64,000 bases of DNA, from IMG/VR virus record IMGVR_UViG_3300046463_000520, positions 34,470 through 98,469 of that record; one strand, written 5' to 3'. Made by a program: the position numbers and the translations under genes. The DNA is from a virus. Positions 43,475-52,262 of the stretch are shown here, piece after piece (the stretch's first letter is position 1; every line of letters starts with the position of its first letter). The notes below the pieces were generated by a model. That model did no database searches. It was not told the origin of the DNA and was given only the letters and a program-made list of their open reading frames with translations.

Positions 43475-44692
43475 TCAAGCTCGTTTAGCGATGACGTCGG
43501 CGGCGCGCGAGCGCGTGAAGTCGCGATACTTACGCGTCGTCACCATGTCGCCCACCTTGTCTTTCGCGGGGTCATACAGCGTGCCGGGCGCGCTGCTCGC
43601 GATGAATTCGGCGGCAAGCGCGGCGCGCTCGTCGGGCGTCAGGCTCGTGACGGCGGATTGTGTTGCGCGGGCGCGCTGGTCGGCGTCGCTGTCGTCGGCA
43701 AGCATCGGGGCCTGCGGCTTCGGCTTCGCCGACTCTGAATAGGACACGTCGATGGCCTCGCCCTTCTCCCATATCGCCATCGTGTACCCGGCGCGCGACG
43801 ACTTGATGCTGCCCTTCGCTACCCTGTCGGTCACATAGCGCGCCGTCGCTTCTGCGCGTTCCGGGTCGGTCTGAATCCAATTCACGGCAAGGCGGTCTGA
43901 TATGCCGTGCTCGCGCAGACTCGCGAAAAGCGCGCTCTCGCGGATGCGCGCTTCGTCGTCGTCTTCCTCGATGTTCAACTGCGGATTCTCGGCAACGTCG
44001 AAGCGAATCGTCGTCACCTTGCGCGCGCGGCGCGTGTAGTGCGGCGTTATGAGAATGTTCGAGTGCCGGTTGATTTCGGCCACGCTCTTTTTGATGACGA
44101 AGGCATTGAAATGCCGGAACTCGTCGTACATGTCGGCGGTCGCGCCAAGTAGCTCGCGCCATGTCTCGACGGGAATATCGCCGGTCGATTTCACGCCTTT
44201 GAACCGCAGGCAGTTTTCGTACAGGGCAAGGCCATAGGCGCTCGTAAATTTGCGCTGGATGCCCATATTGATAATCGCGTACACGTCTGGATTCGCAAGG
44301 TTCTCCGCGAGCACGTCGGAATAGGCATAGATGCACATTCCATCGACAAGCGTCGCCTCGCCTAGCAACTGCGTCGCCGTCCACGCGCGGCGCGGCTTAC
44401 CAGTGTTCTTCAGGCGGTCGAATGTGACGCCGGTCGTGGTGAGCCTTTGCAGGGCTTCCTTCACTTGGGCGTCGTTATGGCTGTCGCGCCATACAATCGC
44501 GCTCAAAAAGCTGACGGGTATCTCGTGCTTTTTCTTCGAGCGCAGGCTGTCGTAAGCGTTCATCAAGAGCACATTCACTAGCTTGCGCTCAACCAGTGTC
44601 AGATTTCCGGTTATGTGGATAGTCGCGGCGTGCTTGCGCACCTCCCGCGTCCCTGCATCCGTGTCCGTGATTTTCATGGCGTCCCCGTCCAT
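43475..44692 (-). CDS. repA: Plasmid replication initiator, Rep_3 family
   Basis: LTLVERKL..L, S.YGLALYE, WRELLG..Y..F..FVIKK.V.EIN; iterons upstream. Confidence 0.85.
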   Translation of the reverse strand: MDGDAMKITDTDAGTREVRKHAATIHITGNLTLVERKLVNVLLMNAYDSLRSKKKHEIPVSFLSAIVWRDSHNDAQVKEALQRLTTTGVTFDRLKNTGKPRRAWTATQLLGEATLVDGMCIYAYSDVLAENLANPDVYAIINMGIQRKFTSAYGLALYENCLRFKGVKSTGDIPVETWRELLGATADMYDEFRHFNAFVIKKSVAEINRHSNILITPHYTRRARKVTTIRFDVAENPQLNIEEDDDEARIRESALFASLREHGISDRLAVNWIQTDPERAEATARYVTDRVAKGSIKSSRAGYTMAIWEKGEAIDVSYSESAKPKPQAPMLADDSDADQRARATQSAVTSLTPDERAALAAEFIASSAPGTLYDPAKDKVGDMVTTRKYRDFTRSRAADVIAKRA

Positions 44693-44720
44693 TCAGTAGG
44701 AAAACCATTGTGACGGCAAA

Positions 44721-45090
44721 TAGCATGTTTTGCAATCAGGCAAACATGCTAAGACGGGGTTCCCCCTAAACTATGCTGTTTCGCGCGACCTCCCCCTAAA
44801 CTATGCTGTTTCACTGTGGATAACATTCGAAATAGGGAGCCTAATCTCGTTGCAAAACAATGAGTTAAGACCGTTTTCGCGCGTTATAAATGGGTCTAGG
44901 GCCGGTTCCCCCTAAACTATGCTGTTTCCCCCAAAACTATGCTCTTTCGAGTGCTCGGCTCCCCAAATGTTATGCCTTTTCATCCCAAAAACTATGCTGT
45001 TTGCGCCCGCAAACCCTTACTGGATAAGGCTTCGCGCCGCCTAAAGGTTTTAAAGGTGTTGTCTTTCTAAAAAACAACAACAACCTCTGT
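44721..45090. repeat. Plasmid origin: iterons, DnaA box, rep operator
   Basis: TCCCCCTAAACTATGCTGTTTC at 44761, 44791, 44907, plus degenerate copies near 44928, 44961, 44984; TGTGGATAA at 44815; inverted repeat TAGCATGTTT..AAACATGCTA at 44721-44751; AT-rich tract near 45040-45090. Confidence 0.9.
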
Positions 45091-45155
45091 TGTCGTCTTT
45101 CAGAAAGATTTCCCGACCCGAAAACCGAAAAACCGCCGCTGTTGTGCTCACGCCA

Positions 45156-45183
45156 TTGCGCGATAGGCTTTCTTATGTCATAT
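45156..45183 (+). other. dif-like XerCD recombination site
   Basis: TTGCGCGATAG-GCTTTC-TTATGTCATAT (11-6-11); right arm is close to the XerD consensus TTATGTYAAAT. Confidence 0.5.
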
Positions 45184-45290
45184 GGCATTACGATATTCGT
45201 AACCGAATGTTTCTGTTCGCTGACACACGGCGAGCGCGCTGCCGCGCCGGGAGAATTGGACTATGCTCAACACACAAGGGGAACGCGGCA

Positions 45291-45530
45291 ATGTCTGACC
45301 TGACGGAAGAACGTATGCAAGCCGAAGTGGACCGATATTTGGCAGAGCGCGAGAAGTTCATCGCAGAGCGCATCAAGCTCTCGGAAGAAGCCATTAAACT
45401 TCGCTTCGAAGGCTTGAAGCTCGACCGCGAGCGCAAGTCATATCCGTTCGTGCTGTTCTTCTCGGGCATGGGCGCGGCGACGGCGTTCATCGGCGCGGCG
45501 GTCGCGGTCATCAAGTATCTGCTCTACTGA
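45291..45530 (+). CDS. Small coiled-coil protein with C-terminal TM helix
   Basis: 79 aa; RBS AAGGGG; bidirectional terminator downstream. Confidence 0.65.
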   Translation: MSDLTEERMQAEVDRYLAEREKFIAERIKLSEEAIKLRFEGLKLDRERKSYPFVLFFSGMGAATAFIGAAVAVIKYLLY

Positions 45531-45549
45531 CCTGCGGCCCGAAAAGAAC

Positions 45550-45574
45550 AAAGCCCGGCATCGCCGGGCTTTTT
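45550..45574. terminator. Bidirectional terminator
   Basis: AAAGCCCGGC-ATC-GCCGGGCTTT. Confidence 0.8.
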
Positions 45575-45575
45575 C

Positions 45576-45935
45576 TTATGCTGCGCGCCGTTCGTCGGCG
45601 CGCTCGATTAGGAACTCGTCGCGGTTGTCCGCCTCGGCAAGCCATTTCGGGGCCTTGCCGCGCCCGCTCCACGTCGCGCCGCTTTCCGGGTCACGGTAGA
45701 GCGGCGTCGCGGCGGCGCGCGGCGTCTTCGTGACGAACGTCTTGTCGGCCTTGCCGACCTTCTTCGGCGGCACCTGTTGCGTCTTCACGAACCCGACGTC
45801 TTGCGGCGACAGGTCGTAAAGCGCGATCAACTCGCGGCAGGTCTTCGCGGCGTCGGCGGCTTCTTCCACGCGCGCGGCTTCGATTTCGGCGGCAAGCTCG
45901 GCTTGCTTGGCGAGTAGTTCGCGGTACTTGGACAT
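45576..45935 (-). CDS. hns: H-NS family nucleoid protein
   Basis: YRDPESGATWSGRGKAPKWL; N-terminal Y.ELL....L coiled coil. Confidence 0.9.
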   Translation of the reverse strand: MSKYRELLAKQAELAAEIEAARVEEAADAAKTCRELIALYDLSPQDVGFVKTQQVPPKKVGKADKTFVTKTPRAAATPLYRDPESGATWSGRGKAPKWLAEADNRDEFLIERADERRAA

Positions 45936-45961
45936 GCGGTGAGGCTCCTTCTGGTGGTGGT

Positions 45962-46309
45962 TCAGTCTTTGTCGTATTGCTTCAGCAATTCCTCAACGCG
46001 GTCGGCGATGGCTTTGAGCGCAAGCTGTTGCATCGAGCGCGCGCCCGGCACGATTTCCGCGCAGTGCTTCAGTTTTTTGTGTAGCTCGTCGGATAGCCGC
46101 ATGTTGAACGGCTGTTGCAGCTTGGGGTGCGCATCCGCCCACGGCTTAGGCTTCTTCGGTTGCAGGTCGAGCACGCCTTGCACGTCGGCGGGGTGTTTCA
46201 GGACCATGACGCCCGACGGCGGCTTGCCCTGCGCGGGCGGGTCTTCGAGCATTACGACGTCTTCGGCGCGCAGAACCGCGCCTTGCTTGAGCATGTAGCG
46301 GGTGGTCAT
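45962..46309 (-). CDS. RHH partition adaptor 2
   Basis: PW...PFNMRLSDELHKKL...SMQQLAL.AI. Confidence 0.65.
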   Translation of the reverse strand: MTTRYMLKQGAVLRAEDVVMLEDPPAQGKPPSGVMVLKHPADVQGVLDLQPKKPKPWADAHPKLQQPFNMRLSDELHKKLKHCAEIVPGARSMQQLALKAIADRVEELLKQYDKD

Positions 46310-46740
46310 TTTTGTAGCTCCCTGAGTTTCTTTTCGACCCATTCGGACAAGGCTTCTTTAACCATCTTTTGCTTGGACTTGCCGCCCGGCATGTTCTGCC
46401 CGATCCAGACCATTTTCGCGTCGAGCACGGTCGAATAGACCATCGAGAACTTCGCCGTATCGACGTCGGGCAGTTCGTCCCACGGCATCGGTTTGGGCGG
46501 CGGGGCGGTTTTCCGGGCCGCTGGCGGCTTGGCGACGCGCGCGACGGGCGCTGAGTCATCCGCAGGGGCGGCAGGCGCTTCTAGGCCCCTTTCCGTAATT
46601 TCCTCAATCTGAGGGTTTAGCGCGGCGGCGGGCGGCGGCGTGGGCTTGTCGCCGGGCACCGGGGCGGGCTGAGTGCCCTTCGCGAGATAGGCTTCGAGCG
46701 CTGCCTTTTCCTGTTCGCGCTTGGTCTGTTGCTCGCTCAC
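46306..46740 (-). CDS. RHH partition adaptor 1
   Basis: Disordered N-terminus then PW...FSMVYS..L..K...SKQKMV.EAL; coupled to parA. Confidence 0.65.
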   Translation of the reverse strand: MSEQQTKREQEKAALEAYLAKGTQPAPVPGDKPTPPPAAALNPQIEEITERGLEAPAAPADDSAPVARVAKPPAARKTAPPPKPMPWDELPDVDTAKFSMVYSTVLDAKMVWIGQNMPGGKSKQKMVKEALSEWVEKKLRELQK

Positions 46741-47447
46741 TGCACCGCCTCCGCATAGATTTCGCGCACTTCGTCTTGCGCCGGGCGCGTGTCACGGTTT
46801 GCGCGCTTTTCGAGCACGCCTTCACCGTCGAACGCCCAATGCTTATAGGGGTCGCGGTCGCGCATGACGGCGAACATCGGGGCGAACTCGTGATAGCCGA
46901 AGTGCTTGAAAATGTCGTCGTAGAAATCGAGCACGTCTTTCTTCTTCGCGTGCGTGGACGCCTGCGCCGGGAAGATCAGCGCGCTCAGGTCGGCATTGAT
47001 GCCCTTCGCCTCCTTCACCGCGTCATGCAGCGCGGCGAGCCGCACCGTGTCATTGCGGCTCGTGCGGCACGGCACGATGACGCGGCGCGCGGCGAGTAGC
47101 GCAAGCCGCGTGTCCGTGCTCGCCTGCCCTTCGCCGCCGACGTCCACGATAATCAGGTCGTAATGCGGCTCGCGCGCCTTCAGCTTGTGCAGCAAGTCGG
47201 GGCCGTGCATCACGTCCGAGTCGATAAACGGCAGGTCGTCGCGAAAGCCCGCGTCGCCGGGCCTGCGCTCGCGCTCCCGCTCGCCGCGCTCGTGCCGCAC
47301 GATCATGGCCGCGCGCAGGGAATGGCCGCTGTCGGCATCGACTAGCAGAACCTTCTTCCCTTCCAGCGTGGCGGCGACGCCTAGATTCAGGGCCGTGGTG
47401 GTCTTCGATACCCCGCCCTTCGTGCTCGCGACGACAACAATTGTCAT
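46737..47447 (-). CDS. parA: ParA Walker-type partition ATPase (type Ib)
   Basis: KGGVSKTT, VLLVDAD, IIVDVG; no N-terminal HTH. Confidence 0.9.
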   Translation of the reverse strand: MTIVVVASTKGGVSKTTTALNLGVAATLEGKKVLLVDADSGHSLRAAMIVRHERGERERERRPGDAGFRDDLPFIDSDVMHGPDLLHKLKAREPHYDLIIVDVGGEGQASTDTRLALLAARRVIVPCRTSRNDTVRLAALHDAVKEAKGINADLSALIFPAQASTHAKKKDVLDFYDDIFKHFGYHEFAPMFAVMRDRDPYKHWAFDGEGVLEKRANRDTRPAQDEVREIYAEAVQ

Positions 47448-47499
47448 GTCCTTACCCCATATGTTTTTGTCGGTATGGTCGCGAGATTATCAGAACTTC

Positions 47500-48020
47500 A
47501 ATATACGGTCGAGTTAAAGTAGGTTCATACCAGAACGGTAAACGCCCGGCCCTGATAGTCATGGACCGGCCTTAACAGTCTGGTACTTACCGGTATTAGC
47601 TGGTATCACTCGCGCGGCCCTTCGACCGGCCCGGCCCTGACAGTCAAAACCAAGCCAAAACCTTTCTTTTCAAAACCCGACCCTTTCTATTGAAGACTGT
47701 TCGATGGTTTTAAATTAAAAACGGTCCGGTCTTTATTTTTTTTATTCAGTTCAGTTCAGTTTTTGACTTGAATCCATTATTCAGTCGAGATTTATTCAGA
47801 ACAGAACAGGAAAAGACGAGACAGAACAGAGAAAGACCGGAAAAGACGGTCGAGAATAGTCTAAGAGGGTCGAGAACGGGACAAAACAGGGCGGGACAGT
47901 CGAGAATTCGACCGTTCGGGCGGGTCCGGGCCGGGCCTTAACTTGACTGTCTGGTATTAGCTGGTATAAGACTGTACAGTTAAAGCCCGGTAAGTCGGGG
48001 CAAAGCCTTGTCAGGTAAGG
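47500..48020. repeat. Centromere-like tract of degenerate 5/10-bp repeats
   Basis: ACAGA/ACAGG/CGAGA runs, TTCAG x3, GGTATTAGCTGGTAT x2, CGGCCCTGA x2; upstream of parA. Confidence 0.6.
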
Positions 48021-48021
48021 C

Positions 48022-48189
48022 TTAGATGGGTCTGAACTGGCTTCGACCGCACTTCACAAAGGCGTCCGTGCGGTGCTTGCACGCGGCTCCAATCGGCATA
48101 TCGGGACCGTTGTCGTCCGTGCAGGATTGCATCACGAGCACGGCGAACACGAGCACGGCGGCGAGTAGGTAATCGGCGGCTTTCGTCAC
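48022..48189 (-). CDS. Small membrane/lipoprotein-like protein
   Basis: Hydrophobic stretch followed by QSC. Confidence 0.4.
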   Translation of the reverse strand: MTKAADYLLAAVLVFAVLVMQSCTDDNGPDMPIGAACKHRTDAFVKCGRSQFRPI

Positions 48190-48608
48190 GGCTTCGGCTC
48201 CATATGGCGGCATCCGGCGCATTTAGAATCAGTCGCGCGTTTATCGTAGCGACAGTCTTCGCTCATTATGTGCGGCACTTCGACGTATTTCGCGGCCTTT
48301 CCCCATTGTCCGAATCCATCTACGCACGGCTCGAAATAACCATCCTGCGCGAGATAAGTCGGCGATTTATCGGCGCGATTATGGCAACCGTATTGCGCAG
48401 GCGGCGCACCGCGCACTGGCGGCGAAATGACGTCGGGGCGCTGCGCGTGCTTGATGGCCGCGAGCGCGGTCGGGCGAATCTCGCACTCGTCGCCGCACAG
48501 CACGCAATGCAAGTGCTCCCCGAAAAGCCGCTTGGGCGTGCCGGGGCCGTGCTCGGGGCATTGCCACGCGTCGCGGTCTTCGACCGTCGGCATCAGGACG
48601 TCTGACAT
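48186..48608 (-). CDS. Cys-rich hypothetical protein
   Basis: CPEH, CVLC, YGCHNR, C.YD...C.GC. Confidence 0.6.
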   Translation of the reverse strand: MSDVLMPTVEDRDAWQCPEHGPGTPKRLFGEHLHCVLCGDECEIRPTALAAIKHAQRPDVISPPVRGAPPAQYGCHNRADKSPTYLAQDGYFEPCVDGFGQWGKAAKYVEVPHIMSEDCRYDKRATDSKCAGCRHMEPKP

Positions 48609-48955
48609 TGCGCGGCCTCCCGGTATGCCTTCGCGCGCTTCACGCCCACGCGAAAGACGGTCATCAGGTTGTGGGCGAACGGCACTTTCAGCACGTTGTC
48701 GTAAAACTCGCCTTTGCCGGTCACGAATCCGACGTCGCACTTGCTGCGCTTGCGGGCGAACTCGTCATAGGCGAATTCGCTGCCCCAATATTCCTGCTCG
48801 CGCTTGTTCAACTCGTGCCACTTGACCGTGTACGAATCGCTGTCGGGAATGTCGCAAATGCGCATCCACGCCGGGTTCTTCCGGCAGAACTCGACCGCGT
48901 GCGCGGATGCCTGCTCCGGGGTGAAATACTCGCCAGTGTTCTCGCGCCCGTTCAC
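48593..48955 (-). CDS. Hypothetical protein
   Basis: GTG start with GGAGG RBS; W.RICDI. Confidence 0.6.
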   Translation of the reverse strand: MNGRENTGEYFTPEQASAHAVEFCRKNPAWMRICDIPDSDSYTVKWHELNKREQEYWGSEFAYDEFARKRSKCDVGFVTGKGEFYDNVLKVPFAHNLMTVFRVGVKRAKAYREAAQCQTS

Positions 48956-49809
48956 GCGGCCTCCTTCAGCGCGGCGGCTTCGTGCGCTTCGAGAAGGGCG
49001 CGCATGAGTCCGACGGGCACGTAGAGTAATTCGTCGTCTAGCGACTCGCGGATACACATGGCGTAATCGACCGGGCTATCCGGGCTGAAAAACGCGCCCA
49101 CGGCATCCGTCATGCGGCGCACGACCTTGGGCGGCGGGGCTTTCGACACGCTCGAACCCGTCAGTTTTCCACCCTTCGCGCCCGCCAGTTTCGCCGCGAG
49201 CACGGCACCGGCCTGCTCGCCGTGCTTGCGCAGGGCGTCGAGCGCGACCTTGGCGGAAATCTTGTCGGCTTCCAGAAGCGCCTGAACGTCGGCGTTCGCG
49301 TTCGCGAGCATCAAATTCTGCTCGACGTAGCTTGGCGACATGCGCGCGCGCTCGGCAATGCGCGCGACCGACCAACCGTAGGCGGCGCGGCGCTTGTAGA
49401 TGCGGCCCTGTTCGAGCCGCGTCAGGTGCAACTGGCTCGAACTGTTGAGCACTTCAAAGTCGCGGTCTTCGTCGTTGCCGTTGAACTGCTCGCACTTCAC
49501 GAGCGCGATTTCCTCGCCTTCGGCGATCAGTTCCTTGTAGGCCGTCAGGCGGCAATGGCCTTCGACCACGTAGATTTTGTCCGCCACGCGCACGCGCAGC
49601 GGCGGCATGATGACGCCCGCGCGAATCGCTTCTTTCATGCGGTCGATGTGCGAGCGCGTGCGGGGCGACAGGTTTTCCATGTCGCGCCCGTTGAAACCCG
49701 GCTCAATCTCGATGTTGCGCGGGTCAAGCAGGTAGTCCGTCACCTTCTTGATGCCGATTTCCGTCTGCGCCTTGTCTTCGGCGATTTTCTTCAGACTGAC
49801 GAGATTCAT
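48952..49809 (-). CDS. ParB/Srx-like N-terminal domain protein with HTH
   Basis: EPGFN.R..PPL.V...VEGHCR. Confidence 0.8.
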   Translation of the reverse strand: MNLVSLKKIAEDKAQTEIGIKKVTDYLLDPRNIEIEPGFNGRDMENLSPRTRSHIDRMKEAIRAGVIMPPLRVRVADKIYVVEGHCRLTAYKELIAEGEEIALVKCEQFNGNDEDRDFEVLNSSSQLHLTRLEQGRIYKRRAAYGWSVARIAERARMSPSYVEQNLMLANANADVQALLEADKISAKVALDALRKHGEQAGAVLAAKLAGAKGGKLTGSSVSKAPPPKVVRRMTDAVGAFFSPDSPVDYAMCIRESLDDELLYVPVGLMRALLEAHEAAALKEAA

Positions 49810-50732
49810 GCTGCGTCTCCCTGCGCGAACATGTCATCGAAGGGCAGATAGCCGTCCATCAGTTCCGCGACCGCCGCAATCAGTTCGCCATACTCGCCCG
49901 CCATCAGAAGCATGTCGGCGTCGTGCGCGGTCGGGTCGAGCGCTTCTTTCTTCGATGGCTTCAGCACGTCGCAGGGCGTCACGCGCTTGATTGCGCCCGC
50001 GCCGGTCAGGACGAAGCTCACGCGGTCGTCATAGGTCATCGCGAGCGTGACGACGTTGCGGCCCGACTCGATTAGGCGGGTGGTGTCTTCGGCGTTCAGC
50101 GTGATATTCGAATACTTGACGCTCGCGCCCGCGTCTTCGCTCGCGGCGAACACGGTCGAGTCGGCGTCGATAGAGAAGCCGTCGGGCGCTTCGTGTTCGG
50201 CCATCCACTGCGTCATCACCGCGACCGGTTGCGAGACATAGCGGACCGATTTCAGCGCAAAGGGCGTCTGAACCGCGCGCAGCAAGCCGCCCAATACCAT
50301 GTCGGCGACGCTCGCCGATGCCGTGTCGATGGCGATCAACCCGCGCTTCGGCGAAATCCAGACCCGGATATCGCGCGAGACTTCGAACGCCTTCACGATC
50401 AGTTCCGCGTGGGCGAACTCCTTCAATTCCTTCCGTTGCTTGCGGCCCGGCTTGAAGCCCTGCTGCTTTTCCAGTTCCGCCGCGAGTCGGTCGGTTTCGG
50501 CCTGCACGACCTTCGCCGGAAGAACCTTCTTCGAGACACGGAACACGGCGAAGTGTTCGCCTTCCACGGACCATACGAAGCGCTCGTCACGGATATGCGC
50601 GAAGCCGCCCGACGACTCCATAGACGGCGTGCAGGGCATATGCGCGAAGGTCGCGAGCGCAGCGGCGATGCCGTCGGAGTCGAGCGGGAAGGCGGGCGCG
50701 CGGTACAGCGTGAGATTTTTGAACCAAGACAT
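49806..50732 (-). CDS. rdgC: Recombination-associated protein RdgC
   Basis: MSWFKNLTLYR; KKVLPAKVV; G..V..LA....DRVSFVL. Confidence 0.9.
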   Translation of the reverse strand: MSWFKNLTLYRAPAFPLDSDGIAAALATFAHMPCTPSMESSGGFAHIRDERFVWSVEGEHFAVFRVSKKVLPAKVVQAETDRLAAELEKQQGFKPGRKQRKELKEFAHAELIVKAFEVSRDIRVWISPKRGLIAIDTASASVADMVLGGLLRAVQTPFALKSVRYVSQPVAVMTQWMAEHEAPDGFSIDADSTVFAASEDAGASVKYSNITLNAEDTTRLIESGRNVVTLAMTYDDRVSFVLTGAGAIKRVTPCDVLKPSKKEALDPTAHDADMLLMAGEYGELIAAVAELMDGYLPFDDMFAQGDAA

Positions 50733-50845
50733 GGCGTTAGATAGTTTTCGTTATACGTTGTATTACCGGAATGCCCGCCGCGCGGCGGCGGCGAGCACTA
50801 CGAAGGCGGCGACGAGAAAAACGATGTTCGGAAGCGGCAGCGGCA

Positions 50846-51538
50846 TCAGTGGTATTGGTCGATAGGAACGTCTCGCGACGTCGGGACGAAACCGCGCTTG
50901 CGACCGAATTCAAGCAGGCGTTCCGTGTAGTTGTTGACGACGTTGTTGAAGTCGGCAAGCTCGTAGGCCATCTGTTCGATGTAGTTATCGTCGCGCTCGA
51001 CACGCTGGCGATACCAGTCCGCGCCGATGGTCGCGAACTGCGGGCAGTACACGCAGAAGTCCCACCACTTGCGACCGGACAACCACAAATTGCCCTGCAC
51101 TTGATCCATGTAGAACGAAATGTCTTCGTTCAAGTAGATTTCGCGCACGCTAGTGGCACCAATCAGGCACTTGTATTCCGCGCCGCCGTCGGCTCCGATC
51201 CAACCGTCGGCGCTCGCGCCGAAGGCCCGGTCGTCGGTCAGAACCATGCCGACCGGCTTCACGCGCAGGCCGATATCAGCCATGTGCCGGACGCGCGCCA
51301 TTGGTTCGAGCCGTTGCCCGCGTTTCATCGCCCACGTTTCATACGTGCGGTCTTCGGACATAAGGCCGGTCGCGCGCTCACCGGCAAGGTGAAACGCATA
51401 GGCGGCGGCAGTGTCGGTCAATTCGCGCGTATTGGTGCGCGCGCGCTGACGTGCGAGCCGGAAGTTACTCGCGGTCACAACGCCAGCACGCGCAGCAAGC
51501 CAAGTGTCGGTTCCCTGTTCGCACTCGACAATCAGCAT
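50846..51538 (-). CDS. Lambda-exonuclease/YqaJ family
   Basis: QGT..W...R.G..TAS, GASADG, EYKC, QVQG.LW. Confidence 0.9.
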   Translation of the reverse strand: MLIVECEQGTDTWLAARAGVVTASNFRLARQRARTNTRELTDTAAAYAFHLAGERATGLMSEDRTYETWAMKRGQRLEPMARVRHMADIGLRVKPVGMVLTDDRAFGASADGWIGADGGAEYKCLIGATSVREIYLNEDISFYMDQVQGNLWLSGRKWWDFCVYCPQFATIGADWYRQRVERDDNYIEQMAYELADFNNVVNNYTERLLEFGRKRGFVPTSRDVPIDQYH

Positions 51539-51540
51539 GG

Positions 51541-52260
51541 TCAGAAGCCCTTGCTGTCTTCAGGCGGCGTCAGTTCTTCGAGCCGGGCATCGTAGTGCGC
51601 TTGGAACTTCGCGCGCTTGTCTTCTTTAATCGCGCCGAATGCCTTGTTGAGTTGCGCAAGGTTTGTCGCCTTCGCCAGTTCCGGGTGCTCGGCAGGATTG
51701 AACGGCGCGCTCGTCGGCGGCGGTGCGCCGATGCGCGGGGCGTCGCTGCCGCCGCTTTCGCCTTCACCTTCGCCGCCGCCGTGCGAGCTATCCAAGTCGG
51801 CATCCGCCGCGACGTTGAGCATCGCGGAAATCTGATAGCGGCGCAGGTACGTGATATAGCCGCCGAAGTCCTTCACGTTGTCCTTCTCGCCGCCCATGCC
51901 GGGCAGCGCGAGCACGGATTCAATGCGCGCGCCCGACTTGTGGCAAAGCATCGTGCGCAGAATGTGCCCGCCGCGCTGCGCGTCGCGCACCGTCGGCAGG
52001 GCGATCACCGCGATGCCGTTCTTCGACAGGGCAGGCGTGGTCTTCGCGCGAATCTCGCCCATGTCGGCGTAATCGAAGGTGTAAAGCAACGTGCCGTTTT
52101 TGACGATGCGCGCGGTCTTGTTCTGCTCGATAGGCTCGAACTCGCCCTGTGCTTTGGCAAGGTCGGCGAACAGTTCGCCGATATCGCCTGCGGCGTTCGG
52201 TATCAGGTTGAAATCGACGGGCGGCAGTGCCGCCCCGTTCAGTTCGTGCGGGGCGTTCAT
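51541..52260 (-). CDS. ERF-family ssDNA annealing protein
   Basis: Y.YAD, H.SG, GG.ITYLRRY..A...D.D. Confidence 0.85.
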   Translation of the reverse strand: MNAPHELNGAALPPVDFNLIPNAAGDIGELFADLAKAQGEFEPIEQNKTARIVKNGTLLYTFDYADMGEIRAKTTPALSKNGIAVIALPTVRDAQRGGHILRTMLCHKSGARIESVLALPGMGGEKDNVKDFGGYITYLRRYQISAMLNVAADADLDSSHGGGEGEGESGGSDAPRIGAPPPTSAPFNPAEHPELAKATNLAQLNKAFGAIKEDKRAKFQAHYDARLEELTPPEDSKGF

Positions 52261-52262
52261 GC

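Noticed and set aside
44761-45002. 22-bp direct repeats as a CRISPR array
   Set aside because: Irregular or zero spacing, adjacent rep gene and DnaA box, no cas genes; these are iterons
48952-49809. ParB-like gene as the partner of ParA
   Set aside because: It lies in the recombination operon, and ParA already has coupled RHH partners
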